Made by a program: the position numbers and the translations under genes. From positions 1 through 14,700 of the forward strand of contig DAOWOO010000004.1 of the NCBI GenBank assembly GCA_030642025.1: DNA of 14,700 nucleotides, given 5' to 3'. Under the pieces are notes generated by a model that worked only from the letters and a program-made list of their open reading frames with translations, ran no database searches and was not told where the DNA came from. The stretch comes from Candidatus Zixiibacteriota bacterium. Its GTDB lineage: Bacteria; Zixibacteria; MSB-5A5; GN15; PGXB01. The stretch's first letter is position 1. Every line of letters begins with the position of its first letter. Below, in pieces: positions 7,601 through 11,111 of this stretch.

Positions 7601-9261
7601 TTTGCAGTAGTGAGGGGCTGTTTGAGTTGACCGGGGATGACAGTGGCCAGGTTTGCTTCACACCGCAGGCTTACGACACGACATATACATTCTGCATGTC
7701 AGCGGCTGACTGGTGCCAGGAGGTCATGGATACTTTTCATGTAAACCTCTATCCATCGGCAGTCTGCTCGGTATGTGTCGTGGTTTCCATCGAGACCGAT
7801 ACCTGTTATAATGTCGGACAGCGGATTCCGGTGAATATAAAAGTCCAGACTAATGACCCTATCGCCGGTTTTGACCTGCTTATTAAATACGACGAATCGG
7901 TCACAGACCTCTATGCCGTGACTCAGGGTGATGCTATCGACGAATGGGAATCATTTAGTTTCCGGAGAGGTGCGTCAGCCGGCTGTCCCAGTTGTCCGGA
8001 TGGAGTTGTCCATATTGTCGGCATCGCCGATATTAATAATTCTACCCATCCACCAGAGGAACAGTTGACACCCAATGGTATCCTGGCCCGACTGACCATG
8101 CAAATTGCCAATAACCAGAGCCTGGGCGGAATGTATATACCAATGAGTTTCCTCTGGCTTGACTGCACAGATAACAGTCCCTCGGATTTAACCGGTATGA
8201 AGCAGTATGTTGATTTAAGGATATACAATTCATATGGCTATCTCAAATGGGAAGAATTTGATGAGGTTCATTACCCCGAATCAAGCCGACCGGCATATCT
8301 GGGCACTCCTGATAGCTGTATGGTGGGCGACAAGGTTACCCCGGTACGCTGTGTTGAATTCTACGATGGCAGTATCTGCGTGATTCATCCCGATGATATC
8401 GACGCCCGAGGTGATGTAAATCTCAACGGTATTGCTTATGAAATCGCCGATGCCGTGGTGTTGACCAACTTCTTCATTTACGGTTTCGATGCCTTTACGG
8501 TAAACATTGCCGGACAGACGGCGGCGTCGGATGTCAATGCCGACGGCATGGCGCTGACGATTGCCGATCTGGTTTATCTTATACGCGTTATCACCGGTGA
8601 CGCCGACCCGCTGCCGAAACTGACTCCATACGAAAGCCCGGTCGCTCTTGGAACGATTATTGATGGCGACAAGTTATCGCTTTCATTAAGAACGCAGTAT
8701 GATGTTGGAGCCGGACTGCTGATCTTCGAGCATGACGGCATTAACCCGGAAATGCTGCGATTGGATGATGCTCCGCCGGGAATGGAGATGATATATTCGG
8801 TAACTGAGCGAGAAATTCGCATCCTGTTCTACAGTATGGAAAAAGGCGTCAAGCTGGACGCCGGCGAGTTCAACCTGCTTAATATGACTTATTCAGGAGA
8901 TGGCTCGATACGGCTGATTGAAGCTGAACTGGCCGGATACTACGGACGTGTCCTTAAAACCGATATTAACGATGCCATGGTACCGACCGAGTTCACAGTG
9001 GCGCAGAATTATCCCAACCCGTTTAATCCGTCAACCACGATTGAGATGGCCCTGCCGCAGGCCGGGCAATGGAGCCTGAATATATACAATGTCACCGGTC
9101 AGCTGGTACGGCGCTTCAACGGTGAGAACAGGGCGGGTAGGGTAGCCATTTACTGGGATGGCTGTAATGAAGCTGGTGGCCAGGTGGCTTCCGGCATATA
9201 TCTTTATAAAGCTGAGTTCGATGAGCATGTCATCAGTAAGAAAATGATAATGCTGAAATAA
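1558..9261 (+). CDS. Giant (2567 aa) secreted multi-repeat cell-surface protein with tandem HYR-like/cadherin-like modules, cohesin, dockerin and a T9SS type-A C-terminal sorting domain
   Basis: A single uninterrupted 7704-nt ORF with SD and ATG at 1558 and stop TAA at 9259-9261. The N-terminus is signal-peptide-like. The body is periodic (~258 nt) with recurring motifs ECPxD, FLCEPEEICF, D-x-D-D-N-I, xCFTP, DECG and CGDDEC. The C-terminus carries cohesin-like, dockerin-like and T9SS sorting-domain signatures. Composition is highly acidic (D/E/T/V/I rich, few K/R) and Cys-rich. Confidence 0.9.
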   Translation: MREFRLLITVVCTLTFIAFAIPLHAEALGDIKSGATSAQIPTDDLSADPGDNDVAVPPLASPCENCPPNTPPYFENCGDQDTFYICLGETIYDTIVVLDDNPDQEITITRSYGPGIFISTPSISPAYAYYEYTPDIEGVFSITYTAVDSEGASDQLVRVYVIGEDEAPVIITNYPDLTKCWIGMRIDFQLLTDENFSDPIDWQVIEGDATITSSGLLSFFAYDDGAYCFTIEASGICGADTAEVCLNTVDNDPPEIISSDTTYYLCEPEEICFDIEAYDPENDTLTITQIAGPGIFTRLDNTHGRTCFTPENVDSADYTFIYEVADSCRGGVYKCSTCPPGPRDTVVITVVMGQMFTLECPGDSAVFLCEETTIGFPIGGVPADAQLTLTPAEAWINNTKDTVFILADRTMHEIIKLVVESDCGKDSCEFTLNAEMNQPPVVTLGGDIERFLCEPEEICIDILDFFDVNDNIIDTIISPEGAVFDNINGRICFTPTESGEYAVILKAVDECQAEAISSATVTVQFNSPPQVFAPDTSIFLCDLPVMPICISDSIYDPDDNISFIEVTGEGDYSNGYICFTPQAEGTIEFITHVIDECGVEVFHTTQVEIILNTPPSINKPDDFTIFQCEWAEICFTVTFDDIDDNFVMASVSAPASYNPQDNLVCFTPDGPGVYEIEITALDECTSVVDTLKVTVETGTAAVIECPTDPIYENLCGAGRICYDLPITPDHAVINIEGGTGNAIYENGQLCFDVETSGIYEFTVTAEAECGGDECVLTFDVTVDEAPYVECPNDTAVTLCDLGVVCLPITIEPENAVILIEPYGILDNGNICFFADESEVHEITVTATTECGQTSCTFTVDVHMNELPIVSTEDVSYFDCFSETEHAFAITATDAEDDDLIFALLSPYGSINSETGEITFIPDTAGVYCFDIEVSDDCGTVPGTVCATVEFNHDPVVVSAPDTTVTSCVAAEVCFEVDVSDEDDNIASIKIINYENAVYNEGTVCFVPSGSGTYTIITRATDECGAYDEDTTVVTVEIGDVFTLECPGDQLLFICEPDTLCFNIGGIPTGAAVDIFPPSAWFDYETNSVCFYTNCSVQKNLKVVVEGECIKDSCMFTVDVTLNFAPLVIMAPDTSLILCEPEEIAIPVAIGDLNYNIDTVIVSEGATYNMITGMIYFTPTQTDNYMIIVRVIDECLAYDDDTTLVSVVINAPPVVTMPDEADFFLCELTEVCFDQVTIFDDNDAIIDYEVSPFGTYDPQSGRVCFLPPDSGIYEIVLTVTDHCGATDSDTTVVHVGLNSAPVVISAPDSSLTICESAEICFPLTYDDIDGNIESVSITEGGSFANDTICFIADEQRTYEIITMVTDICGAVGVDTTVIHVTLNSPPVITSQDDFEVSLCEFETICVSIESYSDVDGNINSIVPNVGTYNPQTDSVCFLPDTVGVYTIITTITDTCETSGVDTTLVTVTMGPVAEIDCPDPTSFFLCQPEIVCVDLPIYPADAVVTVPDGVTYENGQLCFNATESGTFPVNVLASAECGDDECTVIFEIEIGESAQLTCPDDTAVFLCEPIQICRTIGVAPPEAVVSVSDFATYDNGEVCFTPDTAGHYLIDVSASAECGDDVCNFAVDVVFNSTPTVNAGEDTSYFQCVFEEICRKVTLADIDNNIDHVTVTLHSTGEPFGIFNLADSTVCFTPPDVGIYCLDITVYDECGESAVDDICIEITTGEVAEIECAAEPYEYHLCTPEDICIPLIVTPETAEVSVSFGNYANNEICFTADTAGVYVIEAIAEEACGSDTCEVVVNIIFDDYAEIICPDLPTSVTLCEPDSVFVPLVINPVSANVSVSPEGMYDFSRHVLGFEADTGGVYMLTVIAEAPCGADTCLIEIDVSIIGIPEITCPDDIDTMVCIPETSEICVPVIIEGADFTVEVLPTGIFSGNEVCVPINGPDTYTITVTASSICGSNECTFDLVVRENLAPELVVPADTVRIPWCEDDEGTICIDGIFATDPEGDPITLSLCSSEGLFELTGDDSGQVCFTPQAYDTTYTFCMSAADWCQEVMDTFHVNLYPSAVCSVCVVVSIETDTCYNVGQRIPVNIKVQTNDPIAGFDLLIKYDESVTDLYAVTQGDAIDEWESFSFRRGASAGCPSCPDGVVHIVGIADINNSTHPPEEQLTPNGILARLTMQIANNQSLGGMYIPMSFLWLDCTDNSPSDLTGMKQYVDLRIYNSYGYLKWEEFDEVHYPESSRPAYLGTPDSCMVGDKVTPVRCVEFYDGSICVIHPDDIDARGDVNLNGIAYEIADAVVLTNFFIYGFDAFTVNIAGQTAASDVNADGMALTIADLVYLIRVITGDADPLPKLTPYESPVALGTIIDGDKLSLSLRTQYDVGAGLLIFEHDGINPEMLRLDDAPPGMEMIYSVTEREIRILFYSMEKGVKLDAGEFNLLNMTYSGDGSIRLIEAELAGYYGRVLKTDINDAMVPTEFTVAQNYPNPFNPSTTIEMALPQAGQWSLNIYNVTGQLVRRFNGENRAGRVAIYWDGCNEAGGQVASGIYLYKAEFDEHVISKKMIMLK
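1790..7745 (+). repeat. Array of ~23 tandem in-frame ~86-aa (about 258-nt) protein-domain repeats (HYR-like / cadherin-like Ig-fold modules)
   Basis: Recurrent (C/Y)F(T/L/V)P motifs fall at nt ~2236, 2476, 2758, 3031, 3288, 3549, 3805, 4046, 4305, 4566, 4821, 5080, 5344, 5598, 5859, 6105, 6349, 6624, 6871, 7123, 7370 and 7653, spaced 240-283 nt apart. Module boundaries are marked by V-x-V-x-x-N-(S/A)-P-P-V-(V/I) (cadherin-like linker) or E-C-P-x-D (HYR-like start). Short exact nucleotide repeats exist between modules, for example TCGGCCGAATGCGGCGATGA at 6154-6173 and 6397-6416. Confidence 0.75.
7765..8165 (+). other. Cohesin-like domain
   Basis: VVVSIETDTCYNVGQRIPVNIKVQTNDPIAGFDLLIKYDESVTDLYAVTQGDAI...GVVHIVGIADINN...TPNGILARLTMQIANNQSLGGMYIPMSF matches the cohesin pattern (G-x-V-x-VPV ... 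F-x-L-x-YD-x-x-(L)-x-x ... G-x-I-x-F ... DG-x-LA-x-I-x-F ... F). This is judged from sequence pattern, not a database hit. Confidence 0.55.
8400..8600 (+). other. Dockerin domain (two Ca2+-binding repeat segments)
   Basis: DVNLNGIAYEIADAVVLTNFFIYG (from nt 8412) and DVNADGMALTIADLVYLIRVITG (from nt 8530) are two copies of the dockerin EF-hand-like loop D-V-N-x-(D/N)-G-x-x-x-x-x-D plus an amphipathic helix, separated by ~16 residues. Confidence 0.7.
8992..9258 (+). other. T9SS (Por secretion system) type-A C-terminal sorting domain
   Basis: FTVAQNYPNPFNPSTTIEMALPQAGQWSLNIYNVTGQLVRRFNGENRAGRVAIYWDGCNEAGGQVASGIYLYKAEFDEHVISKKMIMLK fits the TIGR04183-type consensus (QNYPNPFNP-x-T-x-I ... IY-x-x-x-G-x-x-V ... 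AG-x-x-x-x-WDG-x-x-x-x-G-x-x-VASG-(I/V)-Y-x-Y-(K/R) ... KKM-x-LLK) at the extreme C-terminus. Confidence 0.8.
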
Positions 9262-9284
9262 ATTAATCCCCGCTTTATTCCTTC

Positions 9285-9328
9285 AAAAGGTCGGCCGGAC
9301 TCACATTCGGCCGGCTTTTTATTTGTGG
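9285..9328. terminator. Bidirectional rho-independent terminator at the convergent gene junction
   Basis: AAAAGG-UCGGCCG (9285-9297) pairs with CGGCCGGC-UUUUU (9308-9320) around a ~10-nt loop, giving a 6-bp palindromic CGGCCG core extended by G-C/G.U pairs. It is followed by TTTTTATTT on the + strand and preceded by an A-tract (a U-tract for the - strand transcript). The rlmH stop codon (TAA, 9319-9321) lies inside the distal arm. Confidence 0.55.
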
Positions 9329-9789
9329 TATTTTTCGCCGGAAATAATAGAAAAGGCGCGGTACAACTGCTCCAGCAGAACCGGGCGGATAAGCTGGTGC
9401 GACATTGTCATAGGGGAGAGGGAGAGGATGTCCCGGCTTTTTTTCAGGATGCTTTTGTCAATTCCATAGGCGCCGCCGATTATGAATTCACAACTGCCAT
9501 GACCTGCATTCATCAGGCCCGAGATGTACTTTGCAAATTGCATAGAGTCAACTCGAGTGCCTCTGTCTGACAATGAAATTGCGGGGCCGGAACCGAGATG
9601 TTTTTCAATTAACGGCGCCTCCCGTCGGAGCACCTCCGGGGCGTCGATACTTTTTGTTTTTTTTATTTTCCGGGTATAAATGATCGATACCGAGGCATGT
9701 TTTTTAATTAGCTTCAGATAGTGAGCGATGCCGTCATTAACCCATGCCTCTTTATTTTTGCCGACTGCTATAATTCTGATTTTAAACAT
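9319..9789 (-). CDS. rlmH: 23S rRNA (pseudouridine1915-N3)-methyltransferase RlmH (SPOUT family)
   Basis: The ORF track entry 9319..9792 begins with TTG. The ATG at 9789-9787 gives MFKIRIIAVGK... The C-terminal IIGGAYGIDKSILKKSRDILSLSPMTMSHQLIRPVLLEQLYRAFSIISGEKYHK matches the RlmH/YbeA core (IGGxxGL...SLSxxTxxHxLxRxxLxEQLYRAxSI...PYH). Confidence 0.9.
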   Translation of the reverse strand: MFKIRIIAVGKNKEAWVNDGIAHYLKLIKKHASVSIIYTRKIKKTKSIDAPEVLRREAPLIEKHLGSGPAISLSDRGTRVDSMQFAKYISGLMNAGHGSCEFIIGGAYGIDKSILKKSRDILSLSPMTMSHQLIRPVLLEQLYRAFSIISGEKYHK

Positions 9790-10187
9790 CAACCACTGAC
9801 AGATTTTATGTATAATCGACGGCTGCGCGGACCGTCATACTCGCAGAAATATATTGCCTGCCAGGTACCCAGAACCAGTCGGCCGCCGGATACTATTACC
9901 TGGAGTGACGGGCCGGTCAGTGATGATTTGATATGCGCGTCGGAGTTGCCCTCGGCGTGTTGGTAGCCGTCCCGCTGAGGGAATTCACGGCGCAGTTTAT
10001 CGAGAATGTCCCGCTTTACCGTAGGATCGGCGTTCTCGTTAATTGTTACCGCCGCCGTGGTGTGAGGGACAAACAGCGTTATCACCCCTTCGTCAAGACC
10101 GTGCTTCTGCACGAAATCGGCGATAACCGACGTTATATCGAGCAGTTCTTCACGATGATGCGTTTTGACTGAAACTTCCTCAAGCAT
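9789..10187 (-). CDS. yjbQ: YjbQ/UPF0047 family protein (secondary thiamine-phosphate synthase-like)
   Basis: The track ORF 9789..10325 is over-extended. The ATG at 10187-10185 (MLEEVSVKTHHREELLDIT...) is preceded by GGAGG with a 9-nt spacer and lies 2 nt after the ftsY stop. Conserved HTTAAVTINENADPTVKRD ... GNSDAHIKSSLTGPSL ... LGTWQAIYFCEYDGPRSRRL is the YjbQ signature. Its stop TGA (9791-9789) overlaps the rlmH ATG (TGATG). Confidence 0.85.
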   Translation of the reverse strand: MLEEVSVKTHHREELLDITSVIADFVQKHGLDEGVITLFVPHTTAAVTINENADPTVKRDILDKLRREFPQRDGYQHAEGNSDAHIKSSLTGPSLQVIVSGGRLVLGTWQAIYFCEYDGPRSRRLYIKSVSG

Positions 10188-11097
10188 TGAATAATGCCTC
10201 CGCATAACTATCGGCATCGAACAGTTGTAAATCCTCGATAGCCTCGCCGATCCCGATGAATTCAACTGGCACCGACAACTCCTCGGATATGGCCACGATA
10301 ACCCCACCCTTGGCGGTACCGTCAAGCTTGGTAACTACCAGGCCGTCGCACCCAACCGCCTCCATGAAGATTTTCACCTGAGAGAGGGCGTTCTGGCCGG
10401 TGTTGCCATCAATTACCAGATGCGCCTGAATCTGTTTGGCAGGTACCACTTTCTCGGCAACACGGCGGATTTTTTTAAGCTCTTCCATAAGGTTAGCTTT
10501 GGTGTGAAGCCGACCGGCGGTATCAATAAGAAGAATATCAACACCCCGGGATTTGGCTGCGGATACGGCATCAAAGGCGATTGCGGCTGGGTCGGCCCCA
10601 GTCTGGGCGCGGATAATATCCACGCCTGACCGCTCCGCCCAGATTTCAAGCTGCTCCACGGCGGCCGCCCGGAAAGTATCGCAGGCGGCAATCATGACTT
10701 TACGGCCGGTTTTCTTGAAATAATGAGCCAGTTTGCCAACCGTGGTGGTTTTGCCGCTTCCGTTGACTCCGGTGATCAGCCACACCATAGGCCGAGAGGC
10801 CGGATCAAAGACAATATCCCGTTTGTTCTTCTGCAGGATACCGGAAATGTCTGTTTTAAGAAGAGAAACCACATCCTCGTTTTCCGCCGTTTTCTCGCGT
10901 GCGGCTGTTTCACGAAGATTCTCCACGATCTTTTCGGTGGCGGATACCCCTATATCCGATTTTAACAGTAGTTCTTCAAGTTCATCCAGCAGGTCGTCAT
11001 CGATTTTCCTGCCGGTAAAGACCTGCGAGATCTTTCCAAATATGGAATCGCGGGTCTTGGTCAGCGATTCTTTCAGTTTTCTGAGTTTGGATATCAT
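10180..11097 (-). CDS. ftsY: Signal recognition particle receptor FtsY (short NG-only form)
   Basis: 305 aa. The N domain is followed by the G domain with GVNGSGKTTTVGKLA (G1), DTFRAAA, DTAGR (G3), TKLDGTAKGG (G4) and GIGE (G5). Confidence 0.95.
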   Translation of the reverse strand: MISKLRKLKESLTKTRDSIFGKISQVFTGRKIDDDLLDELEELLLKSDIGVSATEKIVENLRETAAREKTAENEDVVSLLKTDISGILQKNKRDIVFDPASRPMVWLITGVNGSGKTTTVGKLAHYFKKTGRKVMIAACDTFRAAAVEQLEIWAERSGVDIIRAQTGADPAAIAFDAVSAAKSRGVDILLIDTAGRLHTKANLMEELKKIRRVAEKVVPAKQIQAHLVIDGNTGQNALSQVKIFMEAVGCDGLVVTKLDGTAKGGVIVAISEELSVPVEFIGIGEAIEDLQLFDADSYAEALFNA

Positions 11098-11111
11098 AAA
11101 GATGCGGTTTC

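Noticed and set aside
1790-7745. Possibility that the periodic repeats are a CRISPR or other non-coding tandem array
   Set aside because: The period is ~258 nt, a multiple of 3, in one continuous reading frame. Repeats are conserved at the protein level (30-50% identity) rather than as short identical DNA direct repeats. No cas genes are present.
9325-10172. + strand ORFs 9325..9570, 9721..9966 and 9933..10172 opposite rlmH/yjbQ
   Set aside because: They are antisense to confidently identified housekeeping genes, with no SD or motifs.
10188-10325. N-terminal 46-codon extension of the yjbQ ORF (track start 10325)
   Set aside because: The extension overlaps the 3' end of ftsY in another frame and has no similarity to the YjbQ family. 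An internal ATG at 10187 with GGAGG 9 nt upstream gives the canonical N-terminus MLEEVSVKTHHREELLDIT.
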